Below are positions 48,089 through 58,426 of a stretch of 64,000 nucleotides of DNA, piece after piece. Positions within the stretch are counted from its first letter, which is position 1, and the number at the start of each line of letters is the position of its first letter. Below the pieces are notes generated by a model. The model made no database searches. It was not told the DNA's origin and worked only from the letters and a program-made list of their open reading frames with translations. The DNA is taken from NCBI GenBank assembly GCA_965116225.1, contig OZ220495.1, positions 2,023,043-2,087,042 of the forward strand, written 5' to 3'. Source of the stretch: Dehalococcoidia bacterium (GTDB lineage: Bacteria > Chloroflexota > Dehalococcoidia > Bin125). Both the position numbers and the translations under genes were made by a program.

Positions 48089-48352
48089 ATGATTGCTGTT
48101 CCGGATCCCAGCGCCACCGCGCCGAATTCGTTTTTGATCGAGATGGACCAGGAAGCGCACTGGCGCTACGTGGCTCGCCGTCGATGGATAGTGCAGCAGG
48201 CACAACAGCGTGAGCGTCTGCGGGGCGAGCGCGCCGCCATGGTCGACGATCGAGTCAAGCTGATCCCGAAACTGCGACCCGGTCGCGCCGTCGCCAGCTC
48301 GCTCTCGCCGGTCTACAGCATGTTCAACGACGCCTTCCTGCACCGCCGCTGA
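48089..48352 (+). CDS. Hypothetical protein
   Basis: 87-aa ORF after an AGGA element in an otherwise empty gap; no recognised motif. Confidence 0.35.
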   Translation: MIAVPDPSATAPNSFLIEMDQEAHWRYVARRRWIVQQAQQRERLRGERAAMVDDRVKLIPKLRPGRAVASSLSPVYSMFNDAFLHRR

Positions 48353-48590
48353 CCGCGCCCAACTTTCAGAAGGGGTTGAACCGATGCCGTTGATGCCCAA
48401 CGGCGGGCAATATTCGGCGCGTTGATCTCATGGCTTGGCCTTAGAATCTGTACGTCGTGCGCGGTAAGAGCGTCCGCGCCCATACCCATAGACGCCACTG
48501 CCGCCGGCCCGTTCGCGCCTGCTGATATACTGCGGTGGCGTGAGTGATTTCACACTGTTACGCGCACGATCCACACGAGAGGGGAGCGCG

Positions 48591-49031
48591 GTGGCTGAGA
48601 ACGCCAATCAGAATCAGTACGCCAAGCCCATTCCGAGTCCCGATCCGGTCTCGCAGCGCTTCTGGGACGGAGCGAAAGCGGGAAAGCTGATGCTACCCCG
48701 TTGCTCCGACTGCAACCGAGTCCACTGGTACCCGCGGGTGATCTGCCCGTTCTGCCACTCGATGTTCATCGAGTGGGTCGAGGGAACCGGTCGCGGCACG
48801 ATCCATACCTTCGCCGTACAGCACAATCGCGGCCTCGTGGCGCGCGGCTGGGGCGATGAGGTACCCTACGTCAGCGCCTACATCGACCTCGCCGAAGGCG
48901 ACCGCATGCTGACTGTGCTCAAGGGCGTCGACCCTAACGACCCGGATTCGATCGAAATCGGTACCGCCGTGCGGATCGAGTTCGAGGCAGCCTCCGAGGA
49001 CGTCCACATCCCATTCTGGCGGCCCGTCTAG
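48591..49031 (+). CDS. Zn-ribbon/OB-fold protein (DUF35)
   Basis: FWDGAKAGKL..PRC.DC...WYPR..CP.C, G.G.IHTF, PY.SA.IDLAEG. Confidence 0.9.
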   Translation: MAENANQNQYAKPIPSPDPVSQRFWDGAKAGKLMLPRCSDCNRVHWYPRVICPFCHSMFIEWVEGTGRGTIHTFAVQHNRGLVARGWGDEVPYVSAYIDLAEGDRMLTVLKGVDPNDPDSIEIGTAVRIEFEAASEDVHIPFWRPV

Positions 49032-49097
49032 TCGCCGCCGACGGACATCACTTTCTAGTACGCAGCCAAATTAGGCAGGGACACGCAGGAGCACACT

Positions 49098-50366
49098 ATG
49101 CCTGGTGAAGCATCCAAGGCCGCCGCGATCATTGGGGCCGCTGAAGCCAACGAGATCGGTTACCCGCAGACCCCGAAATCGTCGCTCACCCTTCACATCG
49201 AAGCGATCAAGAACGTCTGCGACATGACCGGTATTCCGATCGCTGCCATCGACGGCATCTTCTCGGCCGGTTGGTCGCCGCAGTTGGCCGAGTACCTCGG
49301 TTTGCATCCCAGGTACATCGACACCACCGCCGTTGGCGGCTGCTCGTTCGAGATGCACGTGCACCACGCCTTGGCCGCGATCTACGCGGGCGTGATCAAT
49401 GTGGCACTTGTCTCACACGGTGAGATGGGCTTCAGTCAGCGCTTCACCGGCGGCAAGGGCACCGGTCGCACGGTTGGCGCGCCCGACGGATGGGATCCCG
49501 CCGTTCAGCACACTTCGGCTTACGGTCTGGGTGGCGCGCCGACCGCGTACTCGCACGCGCTCAACCGCCATATGGCTCGCTACGGCACGACGCAGGAGGA
49601 TTTCGCCGAGATCGCGGTCGTGACCCGTGAATGGGCGACGCTGAACCCGCGCGCCGTCATGTATCGCAAGGCCGGCGAGGGGGAGTTGCCCCCGCTGGAG
49701 AAAGGCGAGTGGGGCGGTGGCAAGCGTGGGCATACCTTTGGCGGACCGATCAGCGTCGACACGGTGATGAACTCGCGCCCGGTCTCTTGGCCGATCAAAT
49801 TGCTCGATGTGTGCTTGGTCACCGATCACGGCGGGGCGGTGCTGATCACCGGTCCCGAGCTGGCCAAGACTTCGAAGACGCCGCCGGTCTGGATCGCTGG
49901 CGCCGGCGAGAGCATCTCGCACTGGAACATGCTCGAGATGGGCGAATTCACCAAGACTTCTGCCAGCCGCTCGGCAGCTGCGGCGTACAAGATGGCCGGC
50001 ATGGGTCCTGAAGACATGGAAATGGCTCTGATCTACGACTCGTTCACCGTCACCGCCGGGATCACCGCCGAAATGCTCGGTCTCGCGCCGCTGGGCGAGG
50101 GCTTCAGGCTCTGGAAGGATCGACACGCGGCTCCTGGCGGACGTTTGCCGATTAACACCAACGGCGGTGGCCTCAGCTTTAACCACTCGGGCATGTACGG
50201 TATGCAGTTGCTGGTGGAGGCCTACCGCCAGCTCTCCGTTACAGCTGAGGACGGCGGTTTCTCGGGCGACCATGGCAAGCAGACCAGCGCCCGCAGCTGC
50301 GTCGTCAACGGGACCGGCGGTTCGCTCTCGACCACTGGCACGCTGGTGCTCGTCTCCGACGACTAG
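49098..50366 (+). CDS. Non-canonical thiolase (SCP2/Ltp2-like)
   Basis: AAIIGAAE, TDHGGA, IYDSF, P.NTNGGGLSFNH; lacks the C-terminal catalytic CxGGG; follows DUF35. Confidence 0.88.
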   Translation: MPGEASKAAAIIGAAEANEIGYPQTPKSSLTLHIEAIKNVCDMTGIPIAAIDGIFSAGWSPQLAEYLGLHPRYIDTTAVGGCSFEMHVHHALAAIYAGVINVALVSHGEMGFSQRFTGGKGTGRTVGAPDGWDPAVQHTSAYGLGGAPTAYSHALNRHMARYGTTQEDFAEIAVVTREWATLNPRAVMYRKAGEGELPPLEKGEWGGGKRGHTFGGPISVDTVMNSRPVSWPIKLLDVCLVTDHGGAVLITGPELAKTSKTPPVWIAGAGESISHWNMLEMGEFTKTSASRSAAAAYKMAGMGPEDMEMALIYDSFTVTAGITAEMLGLAPLGEGFRLWKDRHAAPGGRLPINTNGGGLSFNHSGMYGMQLLVEAYRQLSVTAEDGGFSGDHGKQTSARSCVVNGTGGSLSTTGTLVLVSDD

Positions 50367-50432
50367 CATCCGGAACAAGGCCGAGCAGCCGAAACCGTCC
50401 GCCCATACAGCATCACCGCCTGGAAGCGCCCA

Positions 50433-50843
50433 ATGTCCAATTCAACCACAGAGCATGAAACGCAGACCAAGCAGGGGCTCACGTTTGCATGGGGAATCGC
50501 CATGATTGCCATGCTCGGCATTGTTTCGGCGTTTGCCTATGGACATGTGGGCGGCGAGTTTGCGGTCAACCAGATCGATGCGCTCGCTGCCGGATCGATC
50601 AACGCGATTGGGGTGATCGCCATCGGCGGCGTCAACGCCATCGGCGTGGTCGCGCTGGGGATGGTGAATGCCGTCGGCGTTGTCTCTATTGGCGGCATCA
50701 ACAGCATCGGGCTATTCTCCATTGGCGGCTACAACAGCACGGGCATCGTGGTGATCGGCGGCGTCAACTGCTGGAGCATTGGTCCGCGTGTTTTGGCTGC
50801 GACGATCTATGAGTGGTCGCCGCGGATTCACTCCGGCAACTGA
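50433..50843 (+). CDS. Membrane protein with 11-residue Gly-rich tandem repeats
   Basis: One N-terminal TM, then five 33-bp/11-aa repeats of type (I/V)NAIGV(I/V)AIGG. Confidence 0.7.
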   Translation: MSNSTTEHETQTKQGLTFAWGIAMIAMLGIVSAFAYGHVGGEFAVNQIDALAAGSINAIGVIAIGGVNAIGVVALGMVNAVGVVSIGGINSIGLFSIGGYNSTGIVVIGGVNCWSIGPRVLAATIYEWSPRIHSGN

Positions 50844-50902
50844 GCGGATCACAGCTGTGTGTTGGCCCGATCCGTCGCATGCTGTGTTACCCTGATCCCA
50901 TA

Positions 50903-50996
50903 GTCAAGCCGGGGTGGTCCGACCGTCGGATGACGGGTAAGGGCCTGAGAACACACCCGCCGAACCTGATCCGGATAATGCCGGCGCAGGGAGCGA
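50903..50996 (+). ncRNA. TPP riboswitch
   Basis: GGGGTG...CTGAGA..ACCC..GAACCTGATCCGGATAATGCCGGCGCAGGGAG matches the THI-box consensus, directly upstream of thiD. Confidence 0.95.
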
Positions 50997-51056
50997 GCGT
51001 AGTCGACTCCATGCCCGCCCGACAGACGCACGACCGCATCTGAGCGGAGGTATAGC

Positions 51057-51860
51057 GTGCGGGTCGTTCTCTCGATCGCCGGATCCGATTCCTCAGCTGG
51101 AGCAGGCATCCAGGCCGATTTAAAGTCGATTGCTGCAAACGGCGCATACGCTGCGACCGTGATCACAGCCGTGACCGCGCAGAACACCGTCGGCGTCCAG
51201 GGTGCTTGGCCGCTGTCGCTCGACGCCGTCCACGCGCAGATCACCTCCATCTTCGACGATCTCGACATCGCCGCGGTCAAGACCGGGATGCTCGGCGGTT
51301 CCGACATGATCGAGCTGGTAGCCGATCAACTCGCCTCTCGCCGCCCACCGCTCGTGGTGATCGACCCGGTCATGATCTCCAAGACCGGCTTCGCCCTCCT
51401 GGCGGAGGACGCAGCGCGTGCGCTCAAACATCGGCTGCTGCCGTTGGCGACCGTGATCACGCCCAATGTGCACGAGGCGGAAGTGCTGACCGGACTCGCG
51501 ATTCGCAGCATCGAAGACGCCCAACGGGCAGGCGAACTCCTGGTCGAGGCCGGGGCGTCGGCCTCGCTGGTTAAGGGCGGCCATCTGGAGGCTGCGCCGG
51601 CGACCGATGTGCTCGTAACCCCCGGTGCGGTTGAGCGCTACGAAGGTGAATGGATCGACCAGCGCCACACGCATGGAACCGGCTGCACCTACGCCTCGGC
51701 GATCGCCGCCAAACTCGCGCTCGGCGAGGACCTACGCGACGCCGTCGGTAATGCCAAGCGCTACGTAGCTGAAGCGATTCGCGGCGGGCTCAATGTTGGC
51801 AGCGGCATCGGACCAACCGATCATTTCTGGATGACCCGGCGGATGAATCGTCATGACTGA
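51057..51860 (+). CDS. thiD: HMP/HMP-P kinase
   Basis: IAGSDSSAGAGIQADLK, KTGML, DPVM, TPN..EA, HTHGTGC. Confidence 0.96.
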   Translation: MRVVLSIAGSDSSAGAGIQADLKSIAANGAYAATVITAVTAQNTVGVQGAWPLSLDAVHAQITSIFDDLDIAAVKTGMLGGSDMIELVADQLASRRPPLVVIDPVMISKTGFALLAEDAARALKHRLLPLATVITPNVHEAEVLTGLAIRSIEDAQRAGELLVEAGASASLVKGGHLEAAPATDVLVTPGAVERYEGEWIDQRHTHGTGCTYASAIAAKLALGEDLRDAVGNAKRYVAEAIRGGLNVGSGIGPTDHFWMTRRMNRHD

Positions 51861-52503
51861 ACCCACCAAGCCAATCGGTCGACTACACGTGATCACCGAC
51901 GAAACGCTGCAATCGCGCTTCACCCACGCCGAACTTGCCGCGGCCGCAGCGGTGGGCGGCGCGAACACCATTCAGTACCGTGAGAAGCGTCCGCTTTCGA
52001 CCAGGGAGATGATCCGCGTCGCCGCATCGATGAATCTCGCCTGCCGCGAGTTCAACGCCGCCATGCTGATCGACGATCGCGTCGATATCGCTGCTGCTGT
52101 CGGTGCAAGCGCCGTCCACCTTGGCCGAGAGGACCTACCGCCCGACGTGGCCCGACAGATCCTGGGCCCGGATGCGCTCATTGGCGGTACCGCCAACTCG
52201 GTGGAGGAAGCGGTTGAGGTCGCCAAACAACCGGTCGATTATCTTGGTGCCGGGCCCGTTTTCGGCACGAGATCTAAAGGGGACCGCGCCGCGCCAATGC
52301 TCGGGATCGATCGGTTCGCCGAAATTTGCGCCGCGGTCGACGTTCCTGTGATCGGGATAGGCGGCATCAGCGTCGATCGCGTCGCCGACGTCCTGGCCGT
52401 CGGTGCCTTTGGCGTCGCGGTGCTCTCCGCCGTCGTTTGTCAGGAAGACCCGCGGGCGGCCTGCAGGACGTTCGCGGATGAGATCAAACGGGTACTCGGA
52501 TGA
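51853..52503 (+). CDS. thiE: Thiamine-phosphate synthase
   Basis: IQYREK, IDDRVDIA, VHLG..D, DYLGAGPVF.T.SK, IGGI. Confidence 0.93.
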   Translation: MTEPTKPIGRLHVITDETLQSRFTHAELAAAAAVGGANTIQYREKRPLSTREMIRVAASMNLACREFNAAMLIDDRVDIAAAVGASAVHLGREDLPPDVARQILGPDALIGGTANSVEEAVEVAKQPVDYLGAGPVFGTRSKGDRAAPMLGIDRFAEICAAVDVPVIGIGGISVDRVADVLAVGAFGVAVLSAVVCQEDPRAACRTFADEIKRVLG

Positions 52504-53660
52504 CCGAGCATGCGCCTGAGATCGCGATCATCGGCGGCGGCATCATCGGCCTGTCCTGCGCCTTCGATCTCGCGCGACGGGGAAGATCGGTTACCGTGCT
52601 CGAAAGTCGCGAGACCGGATTCGGCGCGTCGACGGTCGCTGCCGGGATGCTGACGCCGTCGTTCGAGGCGGAACTGACGCCTGCGGGGTTGGTAGAGTTG
52701 CAACTCGACAGCCTGCGTCGGTATCCGCAGTTCGTGGCAGACATCGAGGCTGCGAGCGGACGCGCCTGCGGATACCGAAACGAAGGGACGCTGTGGGTCT
52801 CGCGACACCACGACGACGAGTTCGAACTCGATCACATCCGCCAGATCCAGGAAGACCGTGGCTTGCCCGCTCGGCGATTGACGGGGCGAGAATTGCGCCG
52901 GATCGAACCCTACGTCTCCCCGCGCGCCATCGGCGGGTTGCTGGTGGCGTCCGATCATCAGGTCGACACACGTAAGCTAGTCGCCGCGCTGTGCGCCGCC
53001 TGCGATGCAGTCGGCGTGCAGGTGCTGACGCGCACCGCCGTGCGATCGGTCGAGCGCGCATCCGGATCGCTGGAGCTGACTCTGGAACGCCCGAACGGCG
53101 CATCCACGCTGCGCGTCGATCAGGCCTTGCTGGCCGCGGGCGTGTGGCTGGAGGATAGTCTGCTCACGCCGCTGCCGAAGATCGGCATGCGCCCGATCAA
53201 AGGACAGCTGATTCACCTACAGGGGCAACCGCTGACGGATCATGTGCTGCGCAATAACGATATCTATCTGGTACCGCGCGCGGACGGGAGGCTGCTGATC
53301 GGCGCTACCGAGGAAGAGCAGGGCTTCGATACGATCCCGACCGCCGGCGGCGCGCTCGATCTGCTCCGCTTCGCGTTCGAGGTGCTGCCAGGCGTCTTAG
53401 ACCTCAACCTCACCGAGATCGATGTCGGACTGCGACCCACCCTCCGCGATCATCTGCCGGTGTTGGGTCCGACCACGACAGATGGCATTTTCATAGCGTC
53501 TGGGCACTATCGCGGCGGCATCCTGCTCGCCCCCGTCACGGCGTACTGGATGGCTGAGATCATGACGAATGGTCGGGTGCCGGGTAAGCTTGAGCCGTTC
53601 AGCTTCGAGCGCTTTCTTTCGCAACCAGCGCGGTCACCGCAGCAGGAGGTGGCTGGATGA
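52500..53660 (+). CDS. thiO: Glycine oxidase
   Basis: IIGGGIIG, AS.VAAGML.P, P.KGQ, GLRP, GHYRGGILLAP; in thi operon. Confidence 0.88.
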   Translation: MTEHAPEIAIIGGGIIGLSCAFDLARRGRSVTVLESRETGFGASTVAAGMLTPSFEAELTPAGLVELQLDSLRRYPQFVADIEAASGRACGYRNEGTLWVSRHHDDEFELDHIRQIQEDRGLPARRLTGRELRRIEPYVSPRAIGGLLVASDHQVDTRKLVAALCAACDAVGVQVLTRTAVRSVERASGSLELTLERPNGASTLRVDQALLAAGVWLEDSLLTPLPKIGMRPIKGQLIHLQGQPLTDHVLRNNDIYLVPRADGRLLIGATEEEQGFDTIPTAGGALDLLRFAFEVLPGVLDLNLTEIDVGLRPTLRDHLPVLGPTTTDGIFIASGHYRGGILLAPVTAYWMAEIMTNGRVPGKLEPFSFERFLSQPARSPQQEVAG

Positions 53661-54835
53661 CCGATCCGCAACGACGCTGGGACGTCGCCGTCGTGGGAGC
53701 GGGCGTCATCGGCCTGTCTTGCGCCTTCGAACTGGCCCGCCGGGGCCGTATTGTCGTCGTGCTCGAACGCGACCAGCCGGGGCGACACGCCAGCCGTGTT
53801 GCTGCTGGTCTGCTCGGCACCGCTGCGCTGCCGCTTGGCGAGCAGGATGACATCTATCCGTTTAAACTTGACAGTCTACGCCGCTACGCCGCGTTCGTCA
53901 CCAACATCCAGTCGATGAGCGGCATGGACGCGGGCTACCGAAGCGACGGCACGCTCTGGCTCGCGCGCGACGCAGACGAAGACGCGCTCCTCGATCAGCT
54001 CTATGCCGAACGCGAGGCGCGCGGTCTGCGGTCACGACGTGTTACCGCATCAACGGCGCGGGCGATGGAACCCAATCTCGTTTCCGAGATCGTTAGCGGC
54101 CTGCTCGTCGACGACGATGTGCAGGTCGATCCTCGTCAACTGCTCCCTGCGCTCGCCCGAGCTGCAGAGTTGTCCGGTGTACAGATCGTTGCTGGTCGGG
54201 GCGTGTCGGGCGGGAGCTACGACGAGTCAGCAGATCGATGGATACTACGGCAAGGGGTGGAAGTCCTGGTCCAGGCGCGTCATGTTGTAGTCACGGCGGG
54301 TCCGTGGTGCGACAAGATCACGAGCGAAGCGCGGGAGCCGCTCGCTCCGAGCGGCGTCGGACCGGTCAAGGGACAGCTGTTGCGATTTAGAGCTCCACGC
54401 CTGATTGACCGTTGTGTCCGTACGACGAGCGTCGATCTCGCCCAGCGCGTCAACGGCGAGTTGATCGTCGCCTCAACCAAGGAGCCGGACGCCGGCTGGG
54501 ATCTGACACCGACTGACGAGGCTCGCCAGCAGTTGCTGGCTCTCGGGTATCGCGTGCTGCCCGGGTTGAGGGACGCTCAGCTGGATGAGCACAGCGTCGG
54601 TCTCCGGCCGGCGCTTGCCGATCATCTGCCAATCATCGGTCCAGCTGGGCGGTCGGGGTTGTGGCTCGCGACCGGCCACTACCGACATGGCATCCTGCTC
54701 GCGCCGGCGACGGCGCACTGGCTCGCCGAAGCCATGGAACACAGCGAAGTCGACCCACTCATCGTGCCTTACGGGTTCGATCGACGCGGATCGAGATCGC
54801 ACAGCTTGATCAGTAGCCTGGAGGCGGCCACATGA
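53657..54835 (+). CDS. Second glycine oxidase ThiO-like FAD oxidoreductase
   Basis: VVGAGVIG, AS.VAAGLL, PVKGQ, GLRP, GHYRHGILLAP. Confidence 0.8.
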   Translation: MTDPQRRWDVAVVGAGVIGLSCAFELARRGRIVVVLERDQPGRHASRVAAGLLGTAALPLGEQDDIYPFKLDSLRRYAAFVTNIQSMSGMDAGYRSDGTLWLARDADEDALLDQLYAEREARGLRSRRVTASTARAMEPNLVSEIVSGLLVDDDVQVDPRQLLPALARAAELSGVQIVAGRGVSGGSYDESADRWILRQGVEVLVQARHVVVTAGPWCDKITSEAREPLAPSGVGPVKGQLLRFRAPRLIDRCVRTTSVDLAQRVNGELIVASTKEPDAGWDLTPTDEARQQLLALGYRVLPGLRDAQLDEHSVGLRPALADHLPIIGPAGRSGLWLATGHYRHGILLAPATAHWLAEAMEHSEVDPLIVPYGFDRRGSRSHSLISSLEAAT

Positions 54836-55056
54836 CGCAGCCCCGCGCGCCTTTACGGGTGTCCCTGAACGGAGAGGTCGTCAAGCTCAACAACGACTTG
54901 CTGCCTGACGTACTCTGCGAGCTCGGGTACGACCCTGATCAACCGGGCATCGCCGTCGCGATCAACATGTCCGTCGCGCCTCGTAGCGAATGGCCGACGA
55001 CGAGCATCGCCGAGGGCGACCGAATCGAGATCGTCGGCGCGAAGCAGGGCGGGTAG
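54832..55056 (+). CDS. thiS: Sulfur carrier protein ThiS
   Basis: LNGE...AVAIN...GDRIEIV...C-terminal GG. Confidence 0.95.
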   Translation: MTQPRAPLRVSLNGEVVKLNNDLLPDVLCELGYDPDQPGIAVAINMSVAPRSEWPTTSIAEGDRIEIVGAKQGG

Positions 55057-55893
<837 letters not shown>

Positions 55894-55966
55894 ACGTCAA
55901 GCAACGTGGCGTCTGAAGCGTTTGAGGTGTAACGCCTGTTCAGAGAAAGCTGAGAAGGAGTGTACC

Positions 55967-56605
55967 GTGTCTGACTCGCCCCTGTCGCAGCGCCTCTGGG
56001 ATGCAAACTGTGATCTTGCCAAGGCCTGCCTTGAACACCCGTTCGTCGTTGGCCTGGCCGATGGCACGTTGTCGGAATCCCGGTACAGGCTGTTCGCCCA
56101 GCAGGACCACTTTTATCTCGACGCCTACGCTCGTTCATACGCTTGGGGTGCAGTTCGAGCTCGGGACTGGAGCACGCGTCGTCAGTTCGGCTCGCTGCTC
56201 TCGGGCATCCTGACCGAGGGCACGCTGCACGAACAGACCGCCCCCGAGCTGGGCGTTTCACTCGAGGTTGTGCGCCCGCTGCCGGCGGCGCGCGAATATA
56301 CCGATTTCCTGCTTGCCACGGCCTCGATGGGTACCATCGGCGAGCACCTCGCCGCGATGGCGCCGTGCGCCAAGTTGTACGGCTGGCTCGGCGCGAGGTT
56401 GGCCGATCGACCCCACGACCAGCGATACGGATTCTGGATCAACATGTACTCGGGGCAGTCCTATCTGGAGAAGGTCGAGATGATCATGGACATGCTTGAC
56501 GAGCATGGCGATGCCTCGGACTCGGAGACGATCAAATTCCGCACGGCTATGGAGCTTGAGTACAAATTCTTCGACTCGGCCTGGACGAACGGCGCATCCC
56601 AGTGA
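55967..56605 (+). CDS. tenA: TenA aminopyrimidine aminohydrolase (thiaminase II)
   Basis: HPFV..L.DGTL, QD..YL, M.PC..LY catalytic Cys, WI..Y, LE..F. Confidence 0.9.
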   Translation: MSDSPLSQRLWDANCDLAKACLEHPFVVGLADGTLSESRYRLFAQQDHFYLDAYARSYAWGAVRARDWSTRRQFGSLLSGILTEGTLHEQTAPELGVSLEVVRPLPAAREYTDFLLATASMGTIGEHLAAMAPCAKLYGWLGARLADRPHDQRYGFWINMYSGQSYLEKVEMIMDMLDEHGDASDSETIKFRTAMELEYKFFDSAWTNGASQ

Positions 56606-57648
56606 CGCTCCGCTCCAGGTTGTTCGCGGCGGTTCTGGGGTCGGCGCTATTGCTCGTCTCCCTCGTCGTACTCGGTTGCGGCGAGGATGAGCCGCAACGG
56701 ATCGAGGATGAACCGCAACGGATCCGTGTGCAGCTCGACTGGACTCCGAATACCAACCACATCGGTCTGTACGTCGCAATGGCGCTGGGTTGGTACGAAG
56801 ACGAAGGGATCGATATCGAGATATTGCCACATAGCGGCGCGAACGGCGATCTGTTGGTCGCCGAAGGGGTCGCCGACGTCGCGTTCTCATTCCCCACGGT
56901 CGTGCCATTCTCGCGAGCGCAGGGTCTAGACGTGGTGAGCATCGCTGCGGTGCTGCAGAAAAGCCCGACGGAAATCGCCGCCCTCAAAGATGGGCCGATC
57001 CGGCGGCTGCGCGACATGGACGGTCAGCTCTACGCCGGCTGGGGGTTGCCATACGAGCAATCGCAGTGGCGCACCGTCATCCAGGCCGACGGCGGCCAGG
57101 GAACCGCCAAACTGGTCGTGCTCGATACGGGCGCATACGACGCGTTGCTGGCGGGTCGGGTGCAAGCTGTTGAGATCTTTGCGACCTGGGAAGGGATCGA
57201 TTGGGATCGTCAAGGGATCAGGTACCGCACCTGGCGACACGCCGATTTCGGCGTACCAGATCGCCCAGCGGTGCTGCTAGTCACGTCCGGCGAGGCGTTG
57301 GACGAGCGGGAGGACGCGCTGATCCGGTTCCTGCGCGCCACGCTGCGCGGATACGAGTTCGCTGTCGAAGACCCTGACGAGGCCGGCCGGTTGTTGATTG
57401 AGACTGCGGGCGAAGATGCTTTTCCAGACTCGGAGCTGGTGTACGAATCGGCGCGCCTGTTGGCGGACGAATACTACCTGTCAGCTGATGGACGTTGGGG
57501 TACTCAGACGCTCGCCCAGTGGTCGTCGTATCCCGGATGGCTGTACCAGCACGGGTTGCTGACCGACGAGAACGGCGATCCGCTGGCAGTGGAACCGGAC
57601 TGGTCCGCACACTTCAATACCGAGATCATCGAGGCGGCGCGAGAGTAG
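56602..57648 (+). CDS. NMT1/THI5-like ABC substrate-binding lipoprotein (ThiY-like)
   Basis: VLGC lipobox, LDWTPNTNH.G.YVA. Confidence 0.88.
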   Translation: MTLRSRLFAAVLGSALLLVSLVVLGCGEDEPQRIEDEPQRIRVQLDWTPNTNHIGLYVAMALGWYEDEGIDIEILPHSGANGDLLVAEGVADVAFSFPTVVPFSRAQGLDVVSIAAVLQKSPTEIAALKDGPIRRLRDMDGQLYAGWGLPYEQSQWRTVIQADGGQGTAKLVVLDTGAYDALLAGRVQAVEIFATWEGIDWDRQGIRYRTWRHADFGVPDRPAVLLVTSGEALDEREDALIRFLRATLRGYEFAVEDPDEAGRLLIETAGEDAFPDSELVYESARLLADEYYLSADGRWGTQTLAQWSSYPGWLYQHGLLTDENGDPLAVEPDWSAHFNTEIIEAARE

Positions 57649-57658
57649 CGACGCTGCG

Positions 57659-58426
57659 ATGATGCAGGTGGAGAACGTCGATAAGCGGTACGGCTTAGGC
57701 GAGAGCGCTGTGCACGCCCTGACCGATGTCTCGTTGTCCGTCGCCGATGGCGAGTTCGTCGCGCTGGTCGGGCCGTCCGGTTGCGGGAAGACGACGCTGC
57801 TCAATCTGATCGCGGGTCTCGACGAGGCTGACGCCGGCCGAGTCGTGATCGATGGCGAAACGCCGAGCGCGCAGGCGCGGCTGTTGCGATTCGGATACAT
57901 GCCGCAACAGGACACGCTGTTTCCTTGGCGCACGACGCTAGAGAACGTCTCGCTCGGACTCGAAGTACAGGGGCTCACCCGCCGAGAAGCGCACGCACGC
58001 GCCGCGGATCTGTTTCCGCAGTTCGGTCTCGGCGGCTTCGAACAGCGACGCCCGCACGAACTATCGGGCGGAATGCGGCAACGGGCCAGTTTCCTGCGCA
58101 CCTACCTGCTTGGTCGCCCGTTCCTGCTCCTGGACGAACCGTTCGGGGCACTCGACGCGATCACGCGCGGACAGCTCCAGGCATGGCTGGCCAAGACCTG
58201 GAATCGGATCGGCGGTTCCGCGCTCCTGGTCACGCACGATCCGCACGAAGCGGTCGCGCTGAGCGATCGTGTCTATGTGATGTCGCCGCGGCCAGGTCGG
58301 ATTATCAACGCGCTGGACGTGGAGCTGCCGCGACCTAGAACGGCTCGTGCCGCGGAGACCGAGGCTGCCTACCGACTGATCGACGTCCTGCGGCAAGAGA
58401 CAGCATCGAGCGAGGCGTCGTCGTGA
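57659..58426 (+). CDS. ABC transporter ATP-binding protein (ThiZ-like)
   Basis: GPSGCGKT, LSGGMRQR, LLLDEPF, VTHD. Confidence 0.92.
   Translation: MMQVENVDKRYGLGESAVHALTDVSLSVADGEFVALVGPSGCGKTTLLNLIAGLDEADAGRVVIDGETPSAQARLLRFGYMPQQDTLFPWRTTLENVSLGLEVQGLTRREAHARAADLFPQFGLGGFEQRRPHELSGGMRQRASFLRTYLLGRPFLLLDEPFGALDAITRGQLQAWLAKTWNRIGGSALLVTHDPHEAVALSDRVYVMSPRPGRIINALDVELPRPRTARAAETEAAYRLIDVLRQETASSEASS

Noticed and set aside
55905-55950. Hairpin between thiG and tenA as a second riboswitch
   Set aside because: Lacks TPP aptamer motifs apart from an isolated CTGAGA; at most a stability or processing hairpin.
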